Under the pieces are notes generated by a model. That model worked only from the letters and a program-made list of their open reading frames with translations, was not told the origin of the DNA and did no database searches. Below are positions 1 to 10,867 of a DNA stretch of 64,000 bases, in pieces. Within the stretch, counting starts at the first letter, position 1; each line of letters starts with the position of its first letter. The stretch spans positions 672,001 through 736,000 of the forward strand of contig JBEPYO010000001.1 in assembly GCA_041641295.1 (NCBI GenBank), given 5' to 3'. The position numbers and the translations under genes are program-made. The stretch is from Nitrososphaerota archaeon. GTDB lineage: Archaea; Thermoproteota; Nitrososphaeria_A; Caldarchaeales; Calditenuaceae.

Positions 1-558
1 CTGGCGGACATACCTCATAATCTCTTGAATGTCGCTGCTCACTTCTCCGCGAGCTTCTTCTGAGAAGAGCTGGCTCACATCCTCGATGGTCTTGTGTATC
101 GCTGGGAAGACTAGGTGGCTTGGCTTCTCGCGGGCAAGCTGTATTATCCTCTCGCCCAAGTCTGTCTCGACGACATTGAGGCCTTGGGCCTCAAGCCCCT
201 CGTTGAGTAGAATCTCCTCACTGGTCAGAGATTTAGACTTGGCTACTAGTCTTGCGCGGGCATCCCTTGCTATCCCCGCTATTATTTTGACCGCCTCATC
301 TCCGTCGCGGGCGAAATAGACCCTCACCCCCCGCTCCTCAGCATTTCTGGAAAAGACGTCTACCAGCTCGGAGAGCCTCTCGATACTTCTCTCCTTTATC
401 CTCCTCGCCTCACTCCTGAAGGCCTCATAGTCCCCCATCTCGGCAATGGCTTTCGCCCTGCCCCTGAGGCCTCTAAGCATCGCGGCGTACAGGCCTCTTA
501 CTGGCCCCTGCCTGAGCCTCCGCCTCACCCTCTCCTCCAGAGCACCGTAAGGTGTCAA
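1..558 (-). CDS. lutB: Lactate utilization protein B (LutB/LldF, LUD domain), 3' end beyond the window edge
   Basis: Not in the ORF track. Manual translation from TTG at 558 gives MTPYGALEERV...VAKSKSLTSEEI...ETDLGERIIQLAREKPSHLVFPAIHKT, the LutB signature. The frame is open to base 1 and lies directly downstream of lutC. Confidence 0.9.
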   Translation of the reverse strand, partial: MTPYGALEERVRRRLRQGPVRGLYAAMLRGLRGRAKAIAEMGDYEAFRSEARRIKERSIERLSELVDVFSRNAEERGVRVYFARDGDEAVKIIAGIARDARARLVAKSKSLTSEEILLNEGLEAQGLNVVETDLGERIIQLAREKPSHLVFPAIHKTIEDVSQLFSEEARGEVSSDIQEIMRYVRQ

Positions 559-564
559 CTCAGC

Positions 565-1107
565 CTACACCTCGAGTATGACCTTGACGATGTGCGGTCC
601 ATGGACTCCTATAACCTGTCTTAGCTCGATATCGGCGGTCCTACTTGGCCCTGATATTATTGTGGCTGCGAAGGCTTTTTGCTTAGATGCCCGTCTTATG
701 AGTGGGGCAGCATCCAGCAGTCCTTCCAAGATTTTTGAAGACTCTAGGTATGCGATGTGGGTTGGGGGCAGGGTTGAGACCAGTCTGTCGGAGTCGTCGT
801 AGCAGATCTCCAGGATTGAGCCTGTCTCGGCTATTCCAGCCTCTGGGAAGGATATGCCTAGGCTGCAGTTAGCTATCTCGGTGGGTTGGGCATGGGGTCC
901 AACAAGCCTAGATACCCCGTCCAGACTATTCCTGATGCTTTCGAGACGTTTTTCATCGCATGTGGCTATTGCTTCTGGGCCGGAAGAGGCCCTCGCCTCC
1001 CTCACGATGAAGTCTAGGACCTCGTCCCAGCTCTGCACAAGCTCCACCACACCCCCCTGCTCCCTAAACCTCTCGATGAAGAGGCCCACTCTCTCGCTTA
1101 TGCGCAT
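565..1107 (-). CDS. lutC: Lactate utilization protein C (LutC/YkgG, LUD domain)
   Basis: IAETGSI, RLVSTLPPTHIA and ISGPSRTADIE...GVHGP motifs. Confidence 0.92.
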   Translation of the reverse strand: MRISERVGLFIERFREQGGVVELVQSWDEVLDFIVREARASSGPEAIATCDEKRLESIRNSLDGVSRLVGPHAQPTEIANCSLGISFPEAGIAETGSILEICYDDSDRLVSTLPPTHIAYLESSKILEGLLDAAPLIRRASKQKAFAATIISGPSRTADIELRQVIGVHGPHIVKVILEV

Positions 1108-1229
1108 ATGACCATCAAGGCTAAAATTCCTCTATATATGAGCGTTACCATCTCACGGAACTCTAGCAGACCATGCATCTAAACTGTGTGAGAGAACCTT
1201 TAAAACGCCTCAAAGTGCAGATATCTGGT

Positions 1230-3722
1230 GTGCGCCTGTTCATCAAGGTTTTGGAGGACTATCCCGAACTCTTCGGCGTAAAGGAGGTTAATGGTCGGAG
1301 GGTCTCTGTGGAGGAGTTGATTGAGAAGATCGCTCTCGAGCTTGGGCCCGAGATTGACAGGGTTCTTGAGGAGAGGAGAAGGTGGCTTGAGGATGATCGG
1401 CCCCTCTCGGCGAAGGGTGCATTCCCCGACTGGGGAGAAGTGTTCATGGATGCGGATGGGAACAGGAGAACCTTCCGAGAGATAGTCCAAGGAATGATCG
1501 ACAACTTTCTCGGACGAGACACGTCGCTTAGGTGGAGGCTCAACGAGAACGTCCCGATACCTGACGATGCGCATCCGCTCAAGAATCCTGGCCTGGAGAT
1601 CACTGGGCCTTGGCATCCGCTTAGCAGGGCGATAAACCAGATCAATTCTGACGTCGCGGTGGCTTTCGAGGATGAGGAGGACGCTTCTCCCGCCATGTAT
1701 ATTCCCTACGGCTCCAAGGATAAGTGTGCTGCTGTCTGGGAGGCTAGGAGGAATGTTAAGAGGGTTCTAGCGGGTGAGCTGCCCTCCGAGTATGTTGAGC
1801 GTGGGAAAATATACAGGGTGGAGAAGCCGCGGCATAGGTGGCCGACAGTCTTCCACAGGCTGCCGGGAATACATCTGCTGGACTTTGACGTCCTCTTGGA
1901 CGGGAAGCCTATACCATCCATTATTACCTCGGCGGTCATCTACACTCTGAACAACTACGAGTCTCTGAAGAGAGCGGGCTCCGGTGTCTACTTCTACATC
2001 CCCAAGATTCAGACGCCAAGTGAGGCACTGGTTGTAGAGAAGCTCCTGAGGATGATAGAGGGCGCAATAGGTGTCCAGTATGGCACCATCAAGATCGCCA
2101 TGCTCTATGAGGAGGGGCAGGCAGGCCGGTATCTTCCAGCAATACTCTGGGTCTGGAGGGAGAGGCTCATCAAGTCGAGTAATGGTAGGTGGGACTACCT
2201 CGGCAGCCTGATAGAGATGTGGAAGGAGGAGAGGGTCTTCCCTGATCCGCAGAACATTACGATGAGCTCGCCGAACATGATAGTATACCAGAGGTATAAT
2301 GCGCTCATGATGCTAATGGCTGGTCTGAGGAACGGCGAGGCAGATTCGGCTCCTGTGGGCGGTATGGCGGCAGTCATGCTCTACCCAGCCACAGACCCCT
2401 ACCGCCGCAACAAATACAACCTCAAAGCCCTCAGGGACATAAAGCTCGACAAACTCCGCGAGCGCCTACTCGGCCTGATATTTGTCCCAGAGGAGCCGTT
2501 GCTTGAGGGCCGCAAAGTCACCCTCGAGGACGTCCTCTCAGGCAGGGTCAGGGGAAAGCTCTACGACGTGTTCAGGCAGAGCTGGGTTGCAACTAAGGAG
2601 GAGTCCTACGTCGCCGCGGGAAATGAGCCGCTGCGAGCAGACGTGTCTATGCTCCAGCGGATAATAGACGCCGAGGTCAGGCTTGAGAATGTTGAGGGGA
2701 TGGTGCTACCCACGGTGGACAGCGGGCTGACAGAGGGTGAGAGGAAGAGGTTTCAGATGCTTGGACTGCTGGACTCTGATGGAAGGATTATGCCATGGGT
2801 CATTCCTAGGGAGGAGGTGGAGACGCCTGAGAAGCTCTTCTCAAGCCGTATCTGGGGAGATAAGGACCTGTGGCACGGCCTATACGACCCACCAAGCGGA
2901 GACATAACAGTCGAGCATATCCAGCACGCATTCTACATGGCAGCCAACTACGGCTTCCAAGTCCTAAACGGAAACCTCGCAGCAGCCATCGACGACTACG
3001 AGCTCAGGCAGAGATTCATGAACGACCTCGCAACCTACAGAATCTTCGTCTCTTGGCTCTGGACTCTGATACGCCACCGCGCAAAGATCACCAAGCCAGG
3101 GAGTCTTAAGGCCCCTAGCCTCACGGAGATTGGCGTCATACCCGCGATTGATAAGGTTAGGGTCGAGGATGGGACTGTCTTTTCTGAAGAGCTCTTCAAC
3201 ACTCTCTGGGAGCTTCACAACGAGTGGGTTAAGGCCTTCTACGAGGAGCAAGACAGGTTGGCCGCCACTAGGATTGTGTCTGGGGTTCTTGGGGCGGGAG
3301 CAGTGCGTAGCGAGCTTGTGGAGCTGATACTCCCGGTTATTAGGCGGGCCTATGGGGTAGGCCCCTTCAGAGACCTATCACTGGAAGAGGCTGCGAAGGC
3401 GGTAGCCGCGATGCTCAACGTCGATTCCCGCACTGCTCAGAGAGAAGTTGAGCTTAACGCACCCCGCTTCGACAGGTCTAAGGCGCCCATCATAATGGAG
3501 GTTCTCAGGAGGCAGCTAACCTCGCCCCGCTATATACAGCACAGCGCCAGACTCCTCTTCACCATGGCCAGCATGAGTGATGAAGAGGGAAAGCACCTCC
3601 TCGAGGCGGTCTTCGCTCCATCGAGAAGCGAAGTCGTTGATAAGGTTAGGCGCGGCCTGCTCGATAAGAGATACCTCGAGTTACACGACTACATCTACGA
3701 CTACAGGCCGATTGGAGTCTAA
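1230..3722 (+). CDS. Malate synthase, long (~830 aa) archaeal type
   Basis: LEITGP, FEDEEDA, YFYIPKIQ, GRWDY, PVGGMAA and FMNDLAT motifs. The ORF track starts at 1173; GTG at 1230 lies ~25 nt after TTTAAA (~1199-1204) and is the likelier start. Confidence 0.85.
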   Translation: MRLFIKVLEDYPELFGVKEVNGRRVSVEELIEKIALELGPEIDRVLEERRRWLEDDRPLSAKGAFPDWGEVFMDADGNRRTFREIVQGMIDNFLGRDTSLRWRLNENVPIPDDAHPLKNPGLEITGPWHPLSRAINQINSDVAVAFEDEEDASPAMYIPYGSKDKCAAVWEARRNVKRVLAGELPSEYVERGKIYRVEKPRHRWPTVFHRLPGIHLLDFDVLLDGKPIPSIITSAVIYTLNNYESLKRAGSGVYFYIPKIQTPSEALVVEKLLRMIEGAIGVQYGTIKIAMLYEEGQAGRYLPAILWVWRERLIKSSNGRWDYLGSLIEMWKEERVFPDPQNITMSSPNMIVYQRYNALMMLMAGLRNGEADSAPVGGMAAVMLYPATDPYRRNKYNLKALRDIKLDKLRERLLGLIFVPEEPLLEGRKVTLEDVLSGRVRGKLYDVFRQSWVATKEESYVAAGNEPLRADVSMLQRIIDAEVRLENVEGMVLPTVDSGLTEGERKRFQMLGLLDSDGRIMPWVIPREEVETPEKLFSSRIWGDKDLWHGLYDPPSGDITVEHIQHAFYMAANYGFQVLNGNLAAAIDDYELRQRFMNDLATYRIFVSWLWTLIRHRAKITKPGSLKAPSLTEIGVIPAIDKVRVEDGTVFSEELFNTLWELHNEWVKAFYEEQDRLAATRIVSGVLGAGAVRSELVELILPVIRRAYGVGPFRDLSLEEAAKAVAAMLNVDSRTAQREVELNAPRFDRSKAPIIMEVLRRQLTSPRYIQHSARLLFTMASMSDEEGKHLLEAVFAPSRSEVVDKVRRGLLDKRYLELHDYIYDYRPIGV

Positions 3723-5669
3723 CTATCTACCGGATTTCTTAGGTGGCGCTCGCTTCCAGTAGTCTATGAGGGGGAGCCAGACGGTCATAACCGAGTCACC
3801 CCTATTCGCCCACGCATAGTAGGGGATAGCGTTCACCCTAGTCTTTCTCCTACCCAGCATAGGGGCTTCGACGCTCCTGTAGAGCCGCCCAGACCAGCCC
3901 GCAGAGTCTGCCACCCAAGCATCAAAGGAGAGCGTGGCTACCCCTCCGAGCAACTCTCTCCGAAACCTCTCCCGGAAGACTGTGCCCCTCTCCAACGCCA
4001 CCAGCCTCGGGTCTACCCTATTGTCAACACTCTCAAGGCAGTAGACAGTAGGGCCCCGCGCCAGCGCTACATGTCCTACATTATTCCGCACGTAGGGGTG
4101 TGAGGCAATCTTTCTAACCTTCATAGGGAAGCTGGCTTTGACTGTAGTCCTACCCCTCCACTTCCTCCTAAGCTCGAAGTATGTCGAAGGCCTCGGCCGG
4201 TAGACCCGGCCATCCACATTTACACGCGGCTCATCACACCAGCCCGGAACCCTGAGGAGGAGTGAGAAGGTTGCAGGCTCTTCACACTCGACCGTCATCT
4301 TAACCTCACCCCGCCAAGGATAGTCGGTCTCCTGCCTAAACACCACCCCAACGCCATCCAGATTCACGGTGGCTTTGCTCGAGCCATAGAGGTGTACCCA
4401 TAAACCCCTCTCAGAGGTTGAGTAGAAGTAGCCTGGAAGAGAGGTAAGCAGCCTCGCGATGTTTGGAGGGCAGCAAGCACATGGGAACCAAGGCGACCTA
4501 GAGTATCCTCCGCTCGAGGCCAAGGGGTTCATGTAGAAGTACCTTGTTCCGTCCAAGGATATGCCGGATAGGATAGAGTTGTAGAGAGCTAGCTCCATTA
4601 TGTCCGCAAACCTAGCCTCGCCCATCGCGAGAAGCATCCGCCAGTTCCACATGAAGCTCGCTATGGAGGCGCATGTCTCGGCATAGGCCCTCTCATTCGG
4701 GAGTTCATAATCATCGCCGAATGCCTCTGAGACATATCTGGACCCAGCCGCCCCCGTGATGTACATCTTTCTCTCTACGAAGTTGCGCCAGAGCCGCTCC
4801 ATCGCATCTAAGAGACTCCTCTCGCCCGTCTCCATGTAGAGGTCAGTGACTCCACAGTTTAGGTAGAGTGCCCTAACGGCGTGGCCGACGATCTCGCTGA
4901 GTTCGCGGACGGGAGCGTGGTCGACAAAATATGACGCGCCACCAAATATCCTGTAGAGGGCGTTGCTTAACCGGTCCTCCGGCGGAGGCCTCAGACTGTC
5001 TCTACCCCTCTCGTTTATGAAGAACTCGGCCGTCTCGAGGTATCTTTTCTCGCCCGTCTCTCTGTAGAGCTCTATTAGCGCCATCTCAATCTCTGGGTGT
5101 CCGCACACACCCCTTATCCCATCAGGGTTGAAGGTCTCGGCTATCAGGTTGGCAAACTTGACTGCAGCCCAGAAGAGCTTCTCCTCACCGACAGACCTGT
5201 GAAGCGCTATTGCCCCCTGAATCAGGTGGCCTGCACAGTAAAGCTCATGGTCAAATGTCAGGTTCTGCCAGCGACGCTCAGGCGCGCCGTGGTGCTCGGT
5301 GAAGAGGTAGCCATCCTCCTCCTGTGCGGCTACGATGTCGTCTATAACACTCTCTACAACCCCTTTTAGCTCGTCCTCCTTTCTTTTGGCGAGGTAGTAG
5401 CCGCACGCCTCCAACCACTTGTAAACGTCCGAGTCATCGAAGACGAAGAGTGAGCGTAGAGGCCTCTCAGAAGTCCTTCCAGCCGCCCACCTAAACCTCT
5501 TAAGCCTGTCACTCTCCTCCAGCATCCTATACTGGTGCCAGATCGCTTCTCTGGCAGTCTCTCCCACCCATCTCCCCCAGAACCCACCAACAATATCGAC
5601 ATTGTCTATAGGTACAGGCCTTAAACAGGCGTGAGGGCTCCTCGAAACATTAACCACGTTGACTGGCAT
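3723..5669 (-). CDS. Glycoside hydrolase family 127 (beta-L-arabinofuranosidase-like)
   Basis: DSDVYKWLE, HELYCAGH, GHPEIEMAL, GHAVRALY, ETCAS, CACCPPN and IPYYAWANR motifs. Confidence 0.92.
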   Translation of the reverse strand: MPVNVVNVSRSPHACLRPVPIDNVDIVGGFWGRWVGETAREAIWHQYRMLEESDRLKRFRWAAGRTSERPLRSLFVFDDSDVYKWLEACGYYLAKRKEDELKGVVESVIDDIVAAQEEDGYLFTEHHGAPERRWQNLTFDHELYCAGHLIQGAIALHRSVGEEKLFWAAVKFANLIAETFNPDGIRGVCGHPEIEMALIELYRETGEKRYLETAEFFINERGRDSLRPPPEDRLSNALYRIFGGASYFVDHAPVRELSEIVGHAVRALYLNCGVTDLYMETGERSLLDAMERLWRNFVERKMYITGAAGSRYVSEAFGDDYELPNERAYAETCASIASFMWNWRMLLAMGEARFADIMELALYNSILSGISLDGTRYFYMNPLASSGGYSRSPWFPCACCPPNIARLLTSLPGYFYSTSERGLWVHLYGSSKATVNLDGVGVVFRQETDYPWRGEVKMTVECEEPATFSLLLRVPGWCDEPRVNVDGRVYRPRPSTYFELRRKWRGRTTVKASFPMKVRKIASHPYVRNNVGHVALARGPTVYCLESVDNRVDPRLVALERGTVFRERFRRELLGGVATLSFDAWVADSAGWSGRLYRSVEAPMLGRRKTRVNAIPYYAWANRGDSVMTVWLPLIDYWKRAPPKKSGR

Positions 5670-5757
5670 TCGAAAATTCCTTGAACCCTACTCCAAAATA
5701 TGTCTTTAATCGATGACCCAGTGTGGCTGAGACACACGAACAATCCGCGACGCATAG

Positions 5758-7147
<1,390 letters not shown>

Positions 7148-7234
7148 GCATCTGGTGAACGTGTTATGCCGAATTTATACTGGTGGTTGAAATTTTGTCT
7201 TTTATGCTGTAAAATTATTGTTAAAGGCGTAAAG

Positions 7235-7253
7235 TTAAATATAACGGCGTTAT
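7235..7253 (+). promoter_or_regulatory. TATA box and palindromic operator upstream of phnDCE
   Basis: TTAAATA (7235-7241) is followed by the perfect inverted repeat ATAACG-G-CGTTAT (7241-7253); the ATG is at 7267. Confidence 0.5.
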
Positions 7254-7266
7254 CAGAAGCCATGCG

Positions 7267-8205
7267 ATGGAGAAAAAGAAGGTAATTGCTCTAACTATCG
7301 CAGCAGCTGTAATATTCGTCGCGGCTGCTCTTCTAAGCCTTCAAACCCTCACACCGAGACCTGGAATTACAAAGATAATACTGGCTATACAGCCGACACA
7401 AAACCCCCTAGACATAGCCGAGTCGTCCAAGAATCTTAAGGAGTTTCTCGAGAAGAGGCTGGGACTCCGGGTAGAAGTGTATATACCGACCGACTATGCA
7501 GGCGTCATAGAGGGGCTTAGGTTCAAAAATGTCCACGTCGCCCTTATGGGGTCCTGGCCCGCATACCTAGCAGTCAAGAATGCGGGCGCCGAGCTCCTAC
7601 TCGCAGAGGTTAGGACTGTCGCGGTGGGGGATCAAAAAGTCAACGCGACCTACTATTACTCGTACTGGATTGTTCTAAAGGATAGCCCATACAAGTCGAT
7701 CGAGGAGCTAAAAGGGAAGCGCGCCTGCTTCCCCAGCCCCATATCCTCTTCAGGCTTCCTAGCCCCTATGGCGCGGCTGGTTGAGCTTGGCCTTCTCAAG
7801 CGTGGAAGCGGAGAGCCTGTAAACCCGCGCGAATTCTTCGGCGAAGTCATCTTCGGTGGAGGGTATGGCCAGTGTTGGGAGGCACTTCGCGCGGGGCAGG
7901 TTGACGTAACAGTAATGGCGGGCGACGTGTCATACGAGCTCTACACCAAGGCCATGGGCTCGTCAAGAGTTCTAGAGACTCAAGGCCCCCTGCCTTCACA
8001 TGGTGTAGTAGTCTCATCGGACCTGCCCGACAGCCTCAAACAGAGGATAAAGGAGGCGTTCCTAGAGCTTTCAAAGCCCGAGTACAGGGATTTGATGAAA
8101 CGGCTAGTCTCGGCCCTGTTTGTAGGATTTGAGCCTAAGACCACCAGCGACCACCTCGGCACTCTTGAGAAATACATTGAGGAGACGGGGTTACAGTATA
8201 CTTGA
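7267..8205 (+). CDS. phnD: Phosphate/phosphite/phosphonate ABC transporter substrate-binding protein
   Basis: N-terminal TM anchor; DYAGVIEGL, Y.SYWIV.KDSPYKSIEELKGK and SSSGFLAP (STSG-like) motifs. Confidence 0.88.
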   Translation: MEKKKVIALTIAAAVIFVAAALLSLQTLTPRPGITKIILAIQPTQNPLDIAESSKNLKEFLEKRLGLRVEVYIPTDYAGVIEGLRFKNVHVALMGSWPAYLAVKNAGAELLLAEVRTVAVGDQKVNATYYYSYWIVLKDSPYKSIEELKGKRACFPSPISSSGFLAPMARLVELGLLKRGSGEPVNPREFFGEVIFGGGYGQCWEALRAGQVDVTVMAGDVSYELYTKAMGSSRVLETQGPLPSHGVVVSSDLPDSLKQRIKEAFLELSKPEYRDLMKRLVSALFVGFEPKTTSDHLGTLEKYIEETGLQYT

Positions 8206-8936
8206 GTAGCATCTTAGAAGCGAAGAATGTATGGTTCACGTACGATTCTAGAAACTATACACTCAAGGATATTTCGCTATCCATCGAGGCTGGTAAAATA
8301 TACATGGTGTTTGGTAGAAGCGGTGCAGGTAAGTCAACACTCCTAAAGATACTGAAAGGAATACTCAAACCATCACGCGGTGAAGTACTCTTTATGGGGC
8401 GGCCCACAACTTCAATCGATACAGCCAAGAGAGCATATAGCGTCATAGGATATATTCCCCAGGGATTCGGCATAGTCTCCAACATCTCCGTGCTTGACAA
8501 CGTCTTAGTAGGTGCTCTCGCCAGGGTTCCTCTACTCCACTCCATCTTAGGGCAATTCCCCAAGGAAGAGAGAGATAGGGCTGAGGAGATATTGGAAATG
8601 ATGGGGCTCGCCCAGTTTAAGTACCAGAAAGTCTCCCAGCTGAGCGGGGGTCAGAGGCAGCGAGTAGCTATTGCGAGAGCTTTGATGCAGAAGCCCCAGG
8701 TCATACTGGCTGACGAGTTTGTGAGCCAGCTTGACCCACTGACTGCCCTAGAGGTGCTAGACGTTTTCCGCGAACTCGCTGACAAGAGGGGAATAGCCAC
8801 AGTCATAACAAGCCACGACATCCACCTCGCCTCAAGGTATGCGGACAAAGTATTGGTCCTGAGGGATGGTCAATTTAAGCTCTGTAAGGATGGGCGAAGC
8901 GTCTCCGAGTCAGACTTAATCGCAGCCATGAGGTGA
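8202..8936 (+). CDS. phnC: Phosphonate-type ABC transporter ATP-binding protein
   Basis: GRSGAGKST, LSGGQRQRVAIARALMQ.P.VILADE and NVLVGAL motifs. Confidence 0.88.
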   Translation: MSSILEAKNVWFTYDSRNYTLKDISLSIEAGKIYMVFGRSGAGKSTLLKILKGILKPSRGEVLFMGRPTTSIDTAKRAYSVIGYIPQGFGIVSNISVLDNVLVGALARVPLLHSILGQFPKEERDRAEEILEMMGLAQFKYQKVSQLSGGQRQRVAIARALMQKPQVILADEFVSQLDPLTALEVLDVFRELADKRGIATVITSHDIHLASRYADKVLVLRDGQFKLCKDGRSVSESDLIAAMR

Positions 8937-9694
8937 GGCTCTTCTTGAAAATCAAATATAGCGGGCGAATAATCATACTAGTGCTATTCTTTTTCTCGCT
9001 GTGGCAGACAGGATTTTTCGACCCAGACCGCGTCGCGAGGATACAGAATATTGGGCCATTCTTAGCTGGAATGCTTCCACCAGACCTCACGATTATCCCA
9101 CAAGTCCTCTCCGCAGTTTACGAGACAGTCGTCATGGCTTTCGCTGGAACACTAATGGGTGGCGCGCTTGCCCTGGCCCTAGCAATATTCAGTACGAGGC
9201 TTCTATTTCCCCCGCCTATCATGGCTCTTTTCCGGACAATACTCGCCCTGATAAGGACTATACCAGCGATACTATGGGCCTTGATATTCGTAGTCATAGC
9301 TGGCTTCGGCCCTTTCGCTGGAGTGCTAGCCATAACATTCTACACTACGGGCTATCTTGGAAAACTCTTCTACGAAGCCTTCGACTCTGTGAGTAGTGAA
9401 GTCTTGGAGGCGGTTAGGGGGGTTGGAGCCTCGAGACTCCAGCAGCTAAGATTCGCAATCCTCCCGGAGTCAGCGAACTACATCCTTAGCCAGCTACTCT
9501 TCATCTTCGAATACAATGTCAGAGCCTCCACTATCGTCGGCCTAGTAGGTGCAGGAGGGGTAGGATACCTGATACTAGCCCTAGTCCAGTCGCTGAGATA
9601 CAGCGGCCTCCTAACAACCATACTGATACTGCTAGCATTTGTACTCGCGATAGATTTTATCAGCTCGAAGGTTAGGTCGAGATACTTCACCTGA
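8933..9694 (+). CDS. phnE: Phosphonate-type ABC transporter permease
   Basis: RTIPAILWAL, GPFAGVLA and FEYNVRASTIVGLVGAGG motifs. Confidence 0.9.
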   Translation: MRLFLKIKYSGRIIILVLFFFSLWQTGFFDPDRVARIQNIGPFLAGMLPPDLTIIPQVLSAVYETVVMAFAGTLMGGALALALAIFSTRLLFPPPIMALFRTILALIRTIPAILWALIFVVIAGFGPFAGVLAITFYTTGYLGKLFYEAFDSVSSEVLEAVRGVGASRLQQLRFAILPESANYILSQLLFIFEYNVRASTIVGLVGAGGVGYLILALVQSLRYSGLLTTILILLAFVLAIDFISSKVRSRYFT

Positions 9695-9837
9695 GCGATC
9701 TAAGCCGTGAGACATAGTTCTAGGCATGACCTTCCTCTGGACCCTGTATGACACGCCTTACAGGCTCACACCCCGACAACACTCCCATCCCTGCTAAGCG
9801 TCTCCACGCTCTTTTACATCCCTGAACCACTGATACT

Positions 9838-9909
9838 TGGGGCCGGTGGGAATCGAACCCACGACCTCCGCCGCGTCAGGGCGGCGTCATACCGCTAGAC
9901 CACGGCCCC
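9838..9909 (-). tRNA. tRNA-Val(GAC), intronless, CCA not encoded
   Basis: Reverse complement GGGGCCG TGGTCTAGCGGTATGAC G CCGCC CT-GAC-GC GGCGG AGGTC GTGGG TTCGATT CCCAC CGGCCCC A folds into a full cloverleaf. Confidence 0.96.
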
Positions 9910-9976
9910 AACTGCATCAGACCGATTCAGCACTCTTTATTTTTAGTCTTTTGCTTTTCTGCGGGGGGTAAACTTG

Positions 9977-10867
9977 TTAAAGCGTCTTGGCGTGGCAGTC
10001 TATCCTAATTTTGGGCAGTTGTGTGAGGCTTGTCTTCCTTGCGTAGCTGATTTCTGAGAGGGCCCAGAACCTATCATTCACATCGCAAAGCCAAACCTGA
10101 GACAGCCCTATTGTTTTCCTCCTAACCGCAAGACCCTTTGGATGGATGGGGTAGGCTACGGCTTGGTGAGCACCCTCTTCACGGGCGGCGAGCGGCTCAC
10201 GGCCTATAAACACCTTATATTTTTCGAGTAGCTTTGAGTGGAATTTCTTGAGCCACTGTGTCATCTCGAGTCCGAGGGCGGCTGCGGGCCCCGCCCTTTC
10301 TATCACCACCACATTATTCTCATCTTCTAGGACCAGGGAGAACATGCCTGTAGTAGAGTTTATGGCGCTTATCCAGAGCGTGGAGGGGGCGAGTATTTGG
10401 AACTCGTAGAGACTTAGGAGCATCATGCCATCGCTCCGGTGGCATTTAAGACTTCTGAAGATGGCTGCCCAGTCTTCACTTTCCTGCTGGAGGTTCAGCT
10501 TGAAAAATTTCAACACCCCCGAGCACGCCCACGCATAGGCTATAAAACGACCTGCCTCTACGCGGCCAGTAATCTTCAGAGCCCTGTGCCCAAATATCTC
10601 GCCCTCGTATTTTTCGACATCTGCCCACTTCTCAGCCTGTCTACTCTTGATGAGCCTCTCAACCCACTGGGCGAGCCCTACGGCATCGTAGTTCTTAGAC
10701 CTGTCAACTATAATCTCCACTCTAGGATAACCTTTGTCAGAGAATACTGAGTAGGAGCTGTGCGGCCCTATCCTCTCCGCGGCTAGCCTTAATGTCTCGG
10801 GTGCGAGAAACTCTATGCCACGCCAACCGATGAGTGTCTGATTAGCTATATCCGATGTGTTAGACAA
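9977..10867 (-). CDS. Hypothetical protein with two-fold internal repeat
   Basis: 296-aa ORF overlapping the upstream stop; each half has an 'LAPxTL' motif and a W-x-C...CH ending. Confidence 0.75.
   Translation of the reverse strand: MSNTSDIANQTLIGWRGIEFLAPETLRLAAERIGPHSSYSVFSDKGYPRVEIIVDRSKNYDAVGLAQWVERLIKSRQAEKWADVEKYEGEIFGHRALKITGRVEAGRFIAYAWACSGVLKFFKLNLQQESEDWAAIFRSLKCHRSDGMMLLSLYEFQILAPSTLWISAINSTTGMFSLVLEDENNVVVIERAGPAAALGLEMTQWLKKFHSKLLEKYKVFIGREPLAAREEGAHQAVAYPIHPKGLAVRRKTIGLSQVWLCDVNDRFWALSEISYARKTSLTQLPKIRIDCHAKTL

Noticed and set aside
7201-7211. 11-mer TTTATGCTGTA shared with 25188-25198
   Set aside because: Non-palindromic, upstream of unrelated genes, and within chance expectation for AT-rich spacers.
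7150-9909. Integrated element at the tRNA-Val 3' end carrying phnDCE
   Set aside because: No duplicated tRNA 3' end (att site) and no integrase or fragment found by eye.
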